Assembly: GCA_000004985.1 (NCBI GenBank)
Contig: GG738860.1
Direction: 5' to 3' (one strand)
DNA from: Naegleria gruberi
Taxonomy: Eukaryota
Length of the DNA stretch: 64,000 bases
Made by a program: the position numbers and the translations under genes
Shown here: positions 21,355-32,896 of the stretch, piece after piece
Layout: each line of letters opens with the position of its first letter
Numbering within the stretch: the first letter of the stretch is position 1
Notes under the pieces: generated by a model
Seen by the model: the letters and a program-made list of their open reading frames with translations, nothing else
Databases searched by the model: none
Told to the model about the DNA's origin: nothing

Positions 21355-23484
21355 ATGTCTCGTTTATTTCCTCTGGTTTTGTTATTGGTTTTAGCCATTC
21401 AGCAGATTTATTGCTTTAGAATCATACCTCTCACCACTACATCACCATGTACTGAAATGCAAAAGGAAAGAGTCATTCTCTCCACAGATAGCATGATAGC
21501 ATTTTGTGTTAACAAACAAGGCTCTGAGTGTTCCACTATTAAATACCTGAATGGAAGAAAAGTGATGGTACACAGAGACCTCTCCGATTTGTTTCAATTT
21601 CAACTCGATAGGTACAATGAAATTCATCAGGAAACAATTATACCAATAGTGACACTTGTAACCTCAATCTATGTTGATGCCTTCTTTGGTCATCCAGCAC
21701 TTAATTTTGACAGTTTTGTTGTTCCTTTAAGTACACTCCAAGATGTTCTTCTTCGAATGCCCTCTTTGGAGAATAGTGAAAGACTACTTTTGTGGAGTGA
21801 CCTTAATTTCATTGATGAAATGAGCATGCCTATTCAAGTGGGCACTCTCAATGAAACTAGCAAGTTTGCACTAATTGAAGACACAATTTCTACTGAGTAT
21901 TTTGGGCCTCTTCTTGAAAAATCAAAAAGAAAAACCACAATTGGATATAGAACCTTCAATGAGTTGATACTTTCCAATAGATTTGGACTTGGAAAATTAG
22001 ATTTACTGAAACAAACATTTATCAAAAGATTATTCAATGGTTGTGATTTGAAAATTGAGGAAGTGGAAACGAGCAATTTCACAATTATCAAACAATTTGA
22101 ATCTGTGAAGAATCTCAGTATGAACAATTTAATTGACTTGAATGTATTGTATTGCTTTGAAAAGTCAACTCTTTCATTCTATTCATGCAATGACGGTGTA
22201 CCAGGTACAGTGATTGCCTATGAAATTGAGAAACTTCTCCAGATTACATTTGGATGTCTTCAGCTGTTACTATTGGCAGCAACATTTAACACCAAGTCAA
22301 TCAAGCGCAGACTTTTAGTACCTTATTTGATTCCTCTTTGTTTGATTGTGGCTAGTATATTCTTCTCGATTTTCATGCAACAAGTTTCCAATACATTGAG
22401 GTCTATAGTAACCATTGGAATTACTGCTTTTGTAATTGGGATTTATGGTTCCACTCTTGTTAGATTCTACTATTTAAGGTATTTGTATCGATTTCTTAGC
22501 AATTCAACTGATAAGCAAGTGAAAATTCACAGAATTTTGAGTTCTGAATGGTTTGGGGTTTTGGCAACATTAGTATGCGCCATTCTTCATGTACTCTTTT
22601 GGTTGGCAATCCTCATACCCTATGCAGTTGTTAATGTCTACGAAAGCAATGTATTATTTGGAGTGAATGTCATTTACCTACTGCAAGGAATCATTGGATG
22701 CATTTTGGGTATTGTTTTCATGAGTATTGATATTTTTAACAATCGAAAACTAATTAAGGAAAAGGGACTATTACACTTTTTCACATTTGAAGATCCTTAC
22801 TTCTTGAGATTGGACATCATTAGTTTTTTCATTATCCTTACAAGCCTAATTTTGATTATAATTTTCAACTTGATAGGTCAGGAATGGGCAGATTATTGTT
22901 TGGGCATATGTTCATTCATATCTTTTATTTTCATTTACTGTCTTGGAGGAATGACAGCCATCCTGATTGAATGCTGGAAATTCCTCAAAAGAAAGAGGCG
23001 GCCAATAGAATCTACCTCTCAAAAAATTCAAACAGATATTGAACTACATTTAAAGGATCAACACTTTGTTGAACTATTTAAAAGTTTCTGTGAAAAGGAA
23101 TTTTCACTGGAGAACTTTCTCCTTTACGAACACATTTCTCAACTAAGGACGAGTACTCTCTCTTCTTCAGATAATAGAAGCACCAATTCCATGAACTCAT
23201 CCTCACTAGATCGTTACATCTCAGCGGAGCAATTCTATCAGTTGTGGACTTTATTCTTCAAGCCATTAGCCAAGTATGAAGTTAATCTTCCAGGAAAAGT
23301 CAAGAAACAAATCGAAATAATTTACCACTCAAGAGATGGAACCCCACTAGAAACATTTGAGAATATCGTCCTGACCGAATTGTTATTCAATCTCAAAGAT
23401 ACCTATAGTCGACTTGTAGAGACGAGTGAATTTTCGAGATGGCAATTGGTAAATACCATTCAAACTCAACAGAATATCAAATAA
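21355..23484 (+). CDS. Seven-transmembrane receptor with a C-terminal RGS domain (7TM-RGS fusion) and a ~290-aa extracellular N-terminal domain with signal peptide
   Basis: The signal peptide is MSRLFPLVLLLVLAIQQIYC. Seven hydrophobic helices lie between residues ~290 and 540. The RGS box is QHFVELFKSFCEKEFSLENFLLYEHISQLR...QFYQLWTLFFKPLAKYEVNLPGKVKKQIE. Confidence 0.7.
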   Translation: MSRLFPLVLLLVLAIQQIYCFRIIPLTTTSPCTEMQKERVILSTDSMIAFCVNKQGSECSTIKYLNGRKVMVHRDLSDLFQFQLDRYNEIHQETIIPIVTLVTSIYVDAFFGHPALNFDSFVVPLSTLQDVLLRMPSLENSERLLLWSDLNFIDEMSMPIQVGTLNETSKFALIEDTISTEYFGPLLEKSKRKTTIGYRTFNELILSNRFGLGKLDLLKQTFIKRLFNGCDLKIEEVETSNFTIIKQFESVKNLSMNNLIDLNVLYCFEKSTLSFYSCNDGVPGTVIAYEIEKLLQITFGCLQLLLLAATFNTKSIKRRLLVPYLIPLCLIVASIFFSIFMQQVSNTLRSIVTIGITAFVIGIYGSTLVRFYYLRYLYRFLSNSTDKQVKIHRILSSEWFGVLATLVCAILHVLFWLAILIPYAVVNVYESNVLFGVNVIYLLQGIIGCILGIVFMSIDIFNNRKLIKEKGLLHFFTFEDPYFLRLDIISFFIILTSLILIIIFNLIGQEWADYCLGICSFISFIFIYCLGGMTAILIECWKFLKRKRRPIESTSQKIQTDIELHLKDQHFVELFKSFCEKEFSLENFLLYEHISQLRTSTLSSSDNRSTNSMNSSSLDRYISAEQFYQLWTLFFKPLAKYEVNLPGKVKKQIEIIYHSRDGTPLETFENIVLTELLFNLKDTYSRLVETSEFSRWQLVNTIQTQQNIK

Positions 23485-23572
23485 AATGTCCTTATTACTC
23501 CTATCCCAACACTCCATCATGAATTTTCACACAAACTTTCACACTGTTAAATAAAATTCCATTACAAAAAAA

Positions 23573-24700
23573 ATGAGCGATAAAGAATCCACACCAAGTC
23601 CATCACCATTATCATCAAATAATTCTCCACCTGTTGCCACAACAACTACCACAACAACAACATTACCAAGTGGTCCTAAACAAGATAATACCAAGAGTTT
23701 TCTTGTCCAATCATCACCACTTGTTTCCTTCATATCGGGAGCAGTTTATGGATGTACCTCCATTGCTGTAGGACAACCTCTCGATACAATTAAAACACTC
23801 ATGCAATCTAGTGCTACTATTAATCAAAATAATGCAACAACATTGGGTGTGATTAAATCAATTTATAAGAAGAATGGTTTTATGGGATTTTATCGTGGAT
23901 CTCTTCCACCTTTGTTTACTGCTTCAGTGTTGAGAAGTTTGCAATTTGGTGGATATGCAATGGCATTACAATATATTATGGAAAATAATGTGTTTTCTGA
24001 TAAGGATTTCAGAAAGGAAAATTTACATGTTTTGGAGGAGAAACCATTTAGTTTGCATCCTGAAATGTTTGCTGCTGGCTGTTTTGGAGGTGCTGCTAGA
24101 GCCATTGTTGGTATGTTTCAATTTTCATGGTCATGTGTTTATTAATAATATTCGAATTATTTCCAAAACATTTTAATAGAAACCCCTGTCGAATATATGA
24201 AAGTCAGATTCCAAACTGAACAACCTTGGAAATTTACTGAATTATATCGTGGATTTACTGCAACACTGTTACGTAACATGTTCCTTTTGGGCAGTTTCTT
24301 TGTTTTTGTTGACTTTTTCACTCAAGAATATAGAAATTTACAAGTGAGACAACATTTGAAATCTCTTGCATCTGATGAAGAAAGAGAAAAGAGCAGAGGT
24401 CAATATTTCGATTTTGCAAAATTGAGTCCATTCTTTACAGGTGGTGTTTGTGCAACTTTGGCTTGGTGGTTAGTTTTCCCATTGGATGTTATTAAGAGTC
24501 AAATTCAAGCTATGAAACCTGATGAACAATTGGGCCTTATGCAAAGAATGAAACATGTTTCAAACACTTTGGGCTTCAGAGGATTTTTCAGAGGAATTGT
24601 ACCTGCTAGTGCTAGATCCATGTTGGCAAATGGTGTTTCAATGATTGCCTTTGCTTATGTTTCATCTCATCTCATTCAAAAATTGGAAAAGAAGGAATAA
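23573..24700 (+). CDS. Mitochondrial carrier (SLC25) family protein, 2 exons (23573-24110, 24180-24700)
   Basis: Three carrier signatures PxD/ExxK/R are present: QPLDTIKTLMQ, TPVEYMKVRFQ and FPLDVIKSQIQ. The intron has a GTATGT donor and a ttttaatag acceptor. Confidence 0.8.
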
Positions 24701-24737
24701 ATTTATTCCCAATAAGTCATAAAAGAATGAATTGAAA

Positions 24738-27700
24738 TTACTGTTTGAGTTTCTTTTGAGCTGGCTGTTGTTCAAGTGTTTGCTGACAAGTACTGGAAGA
24801 ACGTTTTGTAATCTTTTGCCATTTTCTTGAAACATGATCCATGCAAAAGTATATTGTTACAATTTCATCATTGAGCTCTTCTGAGTGAATTACATATTGT
24901 TCCTGGCAGTTTCGATTTTCTCCCATGAAAAATGTAAATATCTGTTTTCTTGTTTCCTGTGTGATTTGATTGCATCCCCTTAATAAATTATCCAGATAGT
25001 TGTTGACACGAGAATAATTTTCAGTATAATCATTTGTTAATACCAATTGAGGAGGTTGATAGGTTGAAAGTGAGGCTTGTTGTAAAGTTATTTGTTGCTG
25101 AAGTGAGTTAAGATATTTCAATACCTTTTGAACGTGAGATAAATTCTTCTTTAGTTCATTTTGAGGAGAGCTAATCTTGGTGATGGTTATTTTTCTATAT
25201 TCCTTTCTAATATCAAGGAAAGAAGGGTTACAGAGCTTTTCAATATTCGAAATAACATGATCTCTCTGACCTTGTGTGTTTCTCATTTCAAAAGTTACTC
25301 TATTGGGATCTAACAAGTAGGTTCTCACAGACTCACAGGTGCTACACGGACTAGAACCGACAAACATTCCAGAATTCCTACAATTTGATTTTAAAGGTTC
25401 TATTTTCCAACTCCATGGCAACTGTTGGATATTTTGAATGTGAGTCGATACTATTCCTAATGCACCAGTTATGAGTAATGATAAAGAAGACCCATTCAAT
25501 AGAGAAGCTCTAAAATTACTAGTTTCCAACCATTTAAGTAGTGGAATGAGCACAGATTCCACTCTATCAAATGTGTCGCATCTATTCAATATACTTGAGA
25601 CTATTATGTTAAAATTATCAGGAATACACTCTCTACAAAACATGTATATAAATGAAATGCACATATTTGATGTTAGCTGTGGTTGAGAGGTAAATTCCAT
25701 CCAAATTGAATTTCTCAAAATATCATATGCATATTTGCATTCCTCATTTGTGAAATTGTTTTCACAATAGGTTGCAATGACCATAGCTTGCTCATAAAAC
25801 TTGTTGGTGAGCTCAGGAAGGCACACTTGCATCTTTTCTTGTAATAATTGCTTATTCACTTTTGAGGAGTTCTCAAAGAATATTCCATAACAATTAGTAA
25901 AACACGAAATATTATCCAATAATGATAGTAAAACATCTTCCAAATGTAGAGTATTGTGCAGTGAACAATAAGGAAGTAATAATTGAAAAACTGTCGCATC
26001 TGCCCTTTTCAAAATTGCTGAAATGGCATTTTCTGTGAATGGCATTTGTCTTTCAATCATGTATCTCAAAATGGTGTGAAGATAAGTATTAGGGAGGTGT
26101 TGAGTGGCCAATCTTTCAAAAATCTTATCAAAGAACTCTTTGATAAAAACATTTCCATTAACATCCTTGGAGAATTCATTGATAACAAACTGAACGTGGT
26201 CTATTCTGTCCTGTATTGTAGACTGGAACGCTTTTTGGACGAACTTTTCAATAAATTGATCCTTCAATTGGTTCATTGGGAAGATTCCAACAATGGCACT
26301 CCAACCAAAATCAGATAAACTTGGATGAGCATCAAGATAACATTTCAAAACCTCATAATTTCGAAGTTGAATTATATTCCTAACCATTAAATCTTCTGAA
26401 AGCTTATTTGCACATTTAGGTATAAATTGCAAAAGTTGAGTGAGTGCATTAGGTTTCAGACTTGTTGCTTCCATAAATAATTGTTGGCAAATGTAATCCA
26501 CATCCTGGGTGTGAGCGTAATTGTTGAAGAGGGATGTAGCAAACCTCCTAGAAACAATAACTATGCATCCGTTTCTATACCACTTATCTAAATTGGTTCC
26601 CTCATTACCTGTGTGCTCAATTCGAGAATTTGCAAAGTGTTGATCCTCGAGTCTTTCGTATGGAATTATATTAGAAAGCATCATATTTGATGGCAAACTG
26701 GAAAATGAAGACCCACTAGTTGTTTTCACATTTTTCAAGTTATATCGAACAGTTGGTTCACATATTAGATCACTTCTGACCTCTATTTCTGTCTCAGAAT
26801 CAGAACCACAATCATCACCATCTCCATAATAATCATAGTGATCTCCATCCAATTGTCCACTAACTTCTTTTTCAAATATTCCAATAAATAAATGGAATAA
26901 TAAATGTTCTTGATTGAGTTCAGATAAGAATGTGTACAGCATTTGATCTTTCCCTTTCAGATTCGAAGCTGATAAACCTTCCATAGTATATTTGTGTTCT
27001 AGTAACCAAACAATGAAGGGAGGTTCGGTTTTTTCCCATCTTTCAGATAGGTTTATGAATGATTTCTCCAATTTACTCCTCATATTAAATGAGGGGATGG
27101 AATCCAAAGCCCCATTATAACAAACATTATAAATTAGACATAATCTGTATCCACTCGAAACTCTATTCACCTTATGTTCACAATCACAGAAAAATCCAGT
27201 GTATGAAACCTTATAACTTGAATTCTTTGAAAAATCATAGATTTTTTCATTCCCAGAATGTTTTACAATTAGCTCTCCACCAGAATACACTGAAGGAAGA
27301 TGAATTACCAAAGTTGCAAACATACCACTCTCCTTCTCTGTATCTCTGTGATAATCAAAGTGTCCATCAGTTTCATAGAGAAGCAGTTTGTAAAGACTAT
27401 GAGTAATTCGTTTGTGTTTTGGAATACCAAGTCCATTTCGTAACTCATTTTCAACAATATTTCCCACAAAACCATTCCATTTAGGATTAGAAATAATGAA
27501 TTGGGATGGCTCAAGTTGCCAACTTTTTCTCACAGTTTCATCAATAAGTGTCAGCTCTCCCTTCCCATAAGGTGCCTTTGATGCCACTGAAATGATGTCT
27601 TGAGCTTGATTTAAATTAGTAATAGGGAGAGAGCAATGTTTCAATTCAACAGTTGCTCCACTTTCATTGGATGGTACACAAATTTGTAATCCAGGAAGTC

Positions 27701-28154
27701 CTGGAATATTCTCAACTTCGCCTCCACATGAAAATTCTCCAACACATACATCTGTTTCTGAGCTAGTCAATAAATCAGCCATTTCCTTTGTTGTTTCTGA
27801 ATATCCAATAACCAACTCATCAGGAAGTATCAATGAGTGGCGTTGATATGGTATCGTGAACATAATTGGACTTGTGGGTTTAGGCCTATGAGAATTATCA
27901 AACACAAATGATGACTCAAAAGATTCAGACATTATATTCGGAAGAGGAAATTCCATTGGTTTGAGGGTAATCAGGTTGAAGGTGTTCGTAGATGATGACC
28001 CCTGACTATTATGACTAATTAAATTGTTCAATAATTGTGATGTTGAGAGAATGTCATTGGTACTACTACCAATAGTACTACTAATACCATCACCAGAATT
28101 AATGGTAGTTATATTAGGAGTAGTGGTATTTCCGAGTAGGTTATTAAATTGCAT
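24738..28154 (-). CDS. Large (1138 aa) protein with an N-terminal 2OG-Fe(II) oxygenase (P4H-like double-stranded beta-helix) region and a ~750-aa helical C-terminal region of unknown function
   Basis: ...SLYKLLLYETDGHFDYHRDTEKESGMFATLVIHLPSVYSGGELIV...YTGFFCDCEHKVNRVSSGYRLCLIY matches the HxD...H iron triad and the basic 2OG-binding residue of 2OG oxygenases. The rest is unrecognised. Confidence 0.5.
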   Translation of the reverse strand: MQFNNLLGNTTTPNITTINSGDGISSTIGSSTNDILSTSQLLNNLISHNSQGSSSTNTFNLITLKPMEFPLPNIMSESFESSFVFDNSHRPKPTSPIMFTIPYQRHSLILPDELVIGYSETTKEMADLLTSSETDVCVGEFSCGGEVENIPGLPGLQICVPSNESGATVELKHCSLPITNLNQAQDIISVASKAPYGKGELTLIDETVRKSWQLEPSQFIISNPKWNGFVGNIVENELRNGLGIPKHKRITHSLYKLLLYETDGHFDYHRDTEKESGMFATLVIHLPSVYSGGELIVKHSGNEKIYDFSKNSSYKVSYTGFFCDCEHKVNRVSSGYRLCLIYNVCYNGALDSIPSFNMRSKLEKSFINLSERWEKTEPPFIVWLLEHKYTMEGLSASNLKGKDQMLYTFLSELNQEHLLFHLFIGIFEKEVSGQLDGDHYDYYGDGDDCGSDSETEIEVRSDLICEPTVRYNLKNVKTTSGSSFSSLPSNMMLSNIIPYERLEDQHFANSRIEHTGNEGTNLDKWYRNGCIVIVSRRFATSLFNNYAHTQDVDYICQQLFMEATSLKPNALTQLLQFIPKCANKLSEDLMVRNIIQLRNYEVLKCYLDAHPSLSDFGWSAIVGIFPMNQLKDQFIEKFVQKAFQSTIQDRIDHVQFVINEFSKDVNGNVFIKEFFDKIFERLATQHLPNTYLHTILRYMIERQMPFTENAISAILKRADATVFQLLLPYCSLHNTLHLEDVLLSLLDNISCFTNCYGIFFENSSKVNKQLLQEKMQVCLPELTNKFYEQAMVIATYCENNFTNEECKYAYDILRNSIWMEFTSQPQLTSNMCISFIYMFCRECIPDNFNIIVSSILNRCDTFDRVESVLIPLLKWLETSNFRASLLNGSSLSLLITGALGIVSTHIQNIQQLPWSWKIEPLKSNCRNSGMFVGSSPCSTCESVRTYLLDPNRVTFEMRNTQGQRDHVISNIEKLCNPSFLDIRKEYRKITITKISSPQNELKKNLSHVQKVLKYLNSLQQQITLQQASLSTYQPPQLVLTNDYTENYSRVNNYLDNLLRGCNQITQETRKQIFTFFMGENRNCQEQYVIHSEELNDEIVTIYFCMDHVSRKWQKITKRSSSTCQQTLEQQPAQKKLKQ

Positions 28155-28537
28155 AATTAATAATTAAATTATTAAATAATATTAAATCATTGGATTATGT
28201 TCTAATTTCGGAACAGTTTTTCAAATTAATTGTGTTTATAAATCATCCAATTATAATTTATTCCTCAAGAGTTTTGCTCACACCAAGAGAGAGTGCAAAC
28301 AAGAGCTATTAGTTGAATTTTTTTTGTCAAAACTATTCCACCAAATATTCGAATTTGCAAATGAAAGCCCATTTACTTCTAAAACGAGAAAAATTATGTG
28401 TGCTATCTCATCATCCCATACAGTACTTTCCCAAAATAACAACTTTCCAAATTTAATCAATTTTTAAAAAATCAAAAAAAAACTCCTCAATATAAATTCA
28501 AATCATCTCACACACAAGTGAAAAACTCTAAAGAAAA

Positions 28538-29290
28538 ATGGCCTGGAGATGTTCTGGACAAAGTAATGCCGAACTGATTGCCAATCTGTTTAAATCCAAT
28601 ATCATTTCAAGTAATAGTGTCTCGAGGGCAATGTCTCGTACCGATCGTGCACTGTTTTGCAGGAGTGATCATCGAGATTATGCCTACTTGGATCAACCTC
28701 TTCCGATCGGAAATGATGTGACAATATCTGCTCCTCATATGCATGCCTATTGTTTGGAATTGTTGGAAGATCATTTGAAACCAGGAAATAGAGCAATGGA
28801 TGTTGGAAGTGGTAGTGGCTATCTTGTTGCTACTATGGCTGAAATGATGGCTCCACAAGTTGAACATGTGGTTGAAGGAACTAAAATTGTTGGCATTGAA
28901 TATTTGCAATCAATCTATTTATTTGGAAAGGAAAATATTGAAAAGGTTTGTTTGGTAATTATTTTGAATTTTGTAAATTAATTTTGAAAACAGTATCAAA
29001 AAACAAAGGATTTAATGAATCAAGGTATTATTGAAATGATTAAAGGAGATGGATGGAAAGGCTATGCTCAAGGAGGTCCATATCATGCTATTCATGTTGG
29101 AGCAGCTGCATCCACACTTCCTCATGCACTTGTTGAGCAATTGGCAAATGGTGGCAGATTGATCATTCCTGTTGGTGATATAGATCAACACTTGATGGTA
29201 ATTGATAAGGATATCAATGGCAAAGTCACCCAAAAGAAAGTAATGGGAGTGAGATATGTTCCTCTTGTCAACCCAACAAATTGTAAATAA
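28538..29290 (+). CDS. PCMT: Protein-L-isoaspartate(D-aspartate) O-methyltransferase (PIMT/PCMT), 2 exons (28538-28945, 28994-29290)
   Basis: The SAM-binding motif is AMDVGSGSGYLVATMA. The C-terminal exon ...GWKGYAQGGPYHAIHVGAAASTLPHALVEQLANGGRLIIPVG aligns to the PIMT signature. Confidence 0.9.
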
Positions 29291-29339
29291 TTGTAAAATA
29301 TTTGTACAAAATTAAAATAATTTATAATAAATTAAAGTG

Positions 29340-31556
29340 TTATCTTCTTGGTGTTAAATCACTTAGAGCACGAGCAACAAGTGAATTTCTATTTTTACCA
29401 TAAAGAGGATGGTTTTTCATGAGTAGTAATTGTTCCAAACGTTTCACTATCGTTTCAGCCTCTATGGTTGTCCTAGCTTCATAAAATAGGTTCTCATCAT
29501 CGAATGACAAAACAAAACACTTTGGATTAGTTGAATCACATTCAATTGAACGTAAAGTGGTAATTGGTCTTGTTGGGTGTTTTGTTTTAGATGAATTCAT
29601 CCAACGAGAAGTATTGGCTGGCTTTGAATTATAAATAAATTCTGAATCAAAACTGAGAATTCTCTCTTGTCTGACTCCAAACTTATTTGTCTTGGTAACA
29701 TGGAAAACGTTATCAGTATTATCATAAGTCATGAATGGAAGGGCGTATATTTGTTTTGAAGGTGACCCAATCATATTGGGAGCGGTTGGAGATCCAGATA
29801 TTTCACCTTTAGGTGTTGATTGATCTGTATCAGACTCGTATGCTGCTGTTCTTACAAGAACAACTCTTTCAATCATTGATCCTAAAGAATAAAGTGTCTT
29901 GTCTTTGTAATTTTTGCTAATTTCTTTCAGATTCTTGTCTTTTCCAATAGTATTGATCATGTATTTTTTAGGATCCAAAGAAAAACGTTGACAAAGTACT
30001 TTCTGTAAATCTTTGAGTAATAATTCTGGAGATACTGGAACAAGTTTGAAATAAGTGAGTTGGTAATTTCTGGAATTAATTGGGGATGTGAATGAATTGG
30101 TATTTGGAATGATGGTTGGTGTAGAACATGAATTTTTTGGTGGTGGAAGGAAAACTTGAAGTCTAATATCTTCTAAATTGAATTTTGTAAAAACTTCATC
30201 TCCTCCAAACTTGATATTTAACTCTCTCCTATTTTTAAGATTGGAAGATGAATCATCTTCAGCTCCACTATTTCCACTGGACATTGGTTGAAAATTCCTA
30301 TCAAGTACAAGTGTTAATTTTACATTACCCAACTGTTCAATCATTGTCTTTTCCTTGTTGAGTGGAGGCCAACTTGTATCAGGTTGACCATCTTCTTCTG
30401 CAACTCGTAATTGATAAGCTCTATCGTCAATAGCAATAGGTTCTAGATCAGTTTCTCTTTTATACAGTTCCAGTGCTTTACGAATCAAATCTGTGGCAGT
30501 AAAGTTTAGAGATGTCATTGAACTCACAGTTGGAATGGGCACATTAACTTTGTGAACACCTCCTCGTTTGTGTGGCACAAATGTAGCAATATATCGAACA
30601 GATTGATTTGCTTGTTTAAAATTACTTGAATTATCATGTAAAAGACTACCTCCAATAGCAGGATTTCTTCTTGGTCTCAAATCCATCGACAAGGATGAAT
30701 CTACTGTCGTTTTTGTTGGTATCATCTTGTTAACACCACCAAGTGTAACTTTTTGAAAGATGGAATCTTGTACAGGTGGGTTGACTGGTTGTTGATTTGA
30801 AGAAGTATTTGATTGTTCTACCTGTCTTGTATCTTGCTCGGGTGTTATTGGATTATTTTCCTCTTCACTAACACCATCATCACCTTGATCTCCATTATTT
30901 CTTCTTGGTGTTGTTGTGCCATTGCGAGGAGTTGTTGCTCCTCTTGGTGTTGTTACATTGCCTCGAGGAGTTGTGTTACTTGATGAATTCATTGCTGGCA
31001 TGTTTTGAAGAGGAAGTTGGAGATTAAATTTACCAGGTGATGCAACACCATTCTGTTTTTGTTGTTGTTCTACATGTCTTTTGTGTTCAATAAATAATAA
31101 TTCATAATCTTTTAGATCAAAAGTATCGGGTGGTGTAAATGATGTTGATAATCCTGTATTTCTATTATATCCTCCTTGTTGTTGGGCGCCATATGGATCA
31201 TGATCTGCTCCTGTTGTTGTACTGGAGAAACTTCTTGTTCGAAAGTGTCCAGGATTATTTGAAGATGCTGATCGTTGAATGAGAGGTTGATTGGCTCCAT
31301 TTGTATTGGTTCTTACGAGAGGAAATTGTGCTCCATTTCTTGGTGGTGGTTGAGGAGGTTGAAAAGATGGATTTGTTGTTGTTGATGTAGATTGTATTTT
31401 GAAGGAAGAACTCGTTGATTTTAAAGTACTATTCATCAAACTGTTACCATTACTCACTCCACCCGAAGAGTTATTGTTCAGTAACATTTGATCGTGTATT
31501 CGAGGAAGTGTTGTCCTCTTTGTCTCCTTGAAGTTTGGCTTTTTAAAGTGGAGCAT
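29340..31556 (-). CDS. SIN1: SIN1/Avo1-family TORC2 subunit homolog: low-complexity N-terminus, CRIM domain, Ras-binding-like domain, C-terminal PH domain
   Basis: The CRIM signature is ...YQLRVAEEDGQPDTSWPPLNKEKTMIEQLG (compare YELRIAEDDGEvDtDFPpLd). It is followed by a ubiquitin-fold segment and a C-terminal PH-like module (...FHVTKTNKFGVRQERILSFDSEFIY...CFVLSFDDENLFYEARTTIEAETIVKRLEQL). Confidence 0.65.
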   Translation of the reverse strand: MLHFKKPNFKETKRTTLPRIHDQMLLNNNSSGGVSNGNSLMNSTLKSTSSSFKIQSTSTTTNPSFQPPQPPPRNGAQFPLVRTNTNGANQPLIQRSASSNNPGHFRTRSFSSTTTGADHDPYGAQQQGGYNRNTGLSTSFTPPDTFDLKDYELLFIEHKRHVEQQQKQNGVASPGKFNLQLPLQNMPAMNSSSNTTPRGNVTTPRGATTPRNGTTTPRRNNGDQGDDGVSEEENNPITPEQDTRQVEQSNTSSNQQPVNPPVQDSIFQKVTLGGVNKMIPTKTTVDSSLSMDLRPRRNPAIGGSLLHDNSSNFKQANQSVRYIATFVPHKRGGVHKVNVPIPTVSSMTSLNFTATDLIRKALELYKRETDLEPIAIDDRAYQLRVAEEDGQPDTSWPPLNKEKTMIEQLGNVKLTLVLDRNFQPMSSGNSGAEDDSSSNLKNRRELNIKFGGDEVFTKFNLEDIRLQVFLPPPKNSCSTPTIIPNTNSFTSPINSRNYQLTYFKLVPVSPELLLKDLQKVLCQRFSLDPKKYMINTIGKDKNLKEISKNYKDKTLYSLGSMIERVVLVRTAAYESDTDQSTPKGEISGSPTAPNMIGSPSKQIYALPFMTYDNTDNVFHVTKTNKFGVRQERILSFDSEFIYNSKPANTSRWMNSSKTKHPTRPITTLRSIECDSTNPKCFVLSFDDENLFYEARTTIEAETIVKRLEQLLLMKNHPLYGKNRNSLVARALSDLTPRR

Positions 31557-32231
31557 TTTATTCAGAATGTTGCTGTGATGGGATGAGAAGATTGAAGTAG
31601 TTTATTGCTGATGGAGGAAATGTTCGTCTCCTCTTGTTCTTTGCAATGATGAAGGAAATAAAATGGAAAGGTTGTAGACGTTGTTGTTGTGGCGAGAAGA
31701 TGTTATTATTATCTCTCTACAGAGTCTATTTTTTAATTATTAATAATTGTTTTAAATAATACTTTTCAATTGTCTGGAACTTGTGATTGATTTTTCTAAA
31801 TTGAAGACAACGACTAGTTACATGTCGATACTACTTTTGATGAAGAGATGCTTATTCTTTGAGTTTGGAACTTTGTTTCTTTTGTAGATTAGTTGACAAA
31901 TAGGGGAGTAGAGATACTTGATAATAGGTAAGGAAAGTTAATAGGTAAATTCAATACAATAATCGACCAAAACGAAAGCAATGCTTGATATTCCAAATTA
32001 AAATATTTTGATAAGGTGCTCAACTTAATGAACTACTTCATTCAATAAAACTCAACTGTGCAAGCAAAATTCAAATAATGACTTTTAGGTGTGCACTTTA
32101 TTCAAAAGTACAATTTCTATTCAATAATATAGTATTTGTAATGGTATTACAAAATATAAATCAAATTGAATCAAATTGGAGTTATTGCATAATGTTAATT
32201 TACAAATTCTTAGAATTATTTACAAGGAAAA

Positions 32232-32748
32232 TTAGAGAATGACACATCTGTGGTCATTCACACTCAACACTTCTATTTTACAAACAATACCAGATCTTGC
32301 AGGTACATATGGAGGAGCTCCTTTTTCATAATCTTTGAATAAATTGTATTTCTAATTTCCAATACTTTATAATAAACTTACAAGCTTCTTGATAGGGAAT
32401 AACCAGTTCGGCTGTTGTTCCTTCTTTGAGTTTTCCAGATAAAAAGGCTTTCTCCCAACCGTCTATCACTTTACGAGCTCCTGGATCAAGTTTAAATGTA
32501 TATGGCTTTTTAATTAGCCAAGTATCATCAAAATCGTGATGTTGTCCTTGTACTCGCTATTGTAGTATGAAATATCATGATCATCACACCATTCCGAAAT
32601 TAACAAAAATGTTTAATCATCTTCTTACCATTTTATAGTGTAGGGTGATATAATCGCCCTGCTTTGGTGTCTTTCCACGACCCTCCTTCATGATATTGAT
32701 TTGGGTCTCGTTATTTGGATCGGCAGCATCACTCAAAAATAGTGCCAT
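32232..32748 (-). CDS. FKBP: FKBP-type peptidyl-prolyl cis-trans isomerase (FKBP12-like), 3 exons
   Basis: Spliced product: MALFLSDAADPNNETQINIMKEGRGKTPKQGDYITLHYKM|VQGQHHDFDDTWLIKKPYTFKLDPGARKVIDGWEKAFLSGKLKEGTTAELVIPYQEA|YYEKGAPPYVPARSGIVCKIEVLSVN... It aligns with the FKBP12 consensus (HY.G.L.DG..FDSS...PF.F.LG...VI.GWE...M.VG..A.L.I....AYG). Donors are GTAAGA/GTAAGT. Confidence 0.75.
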
Positions 32749-32896
32749 TTTTTTATCTTTGAACATGAAATTTAAAAGAACCAAGTTCATAGTGCATTAA
32801 TAAAATAATTAACATTATTCAAGCAAGAACAAAGTCATACAATAATTATAGTAAATTTCCTTGTTATATAAAACTAGTTTTCATCAATAAATGTAA

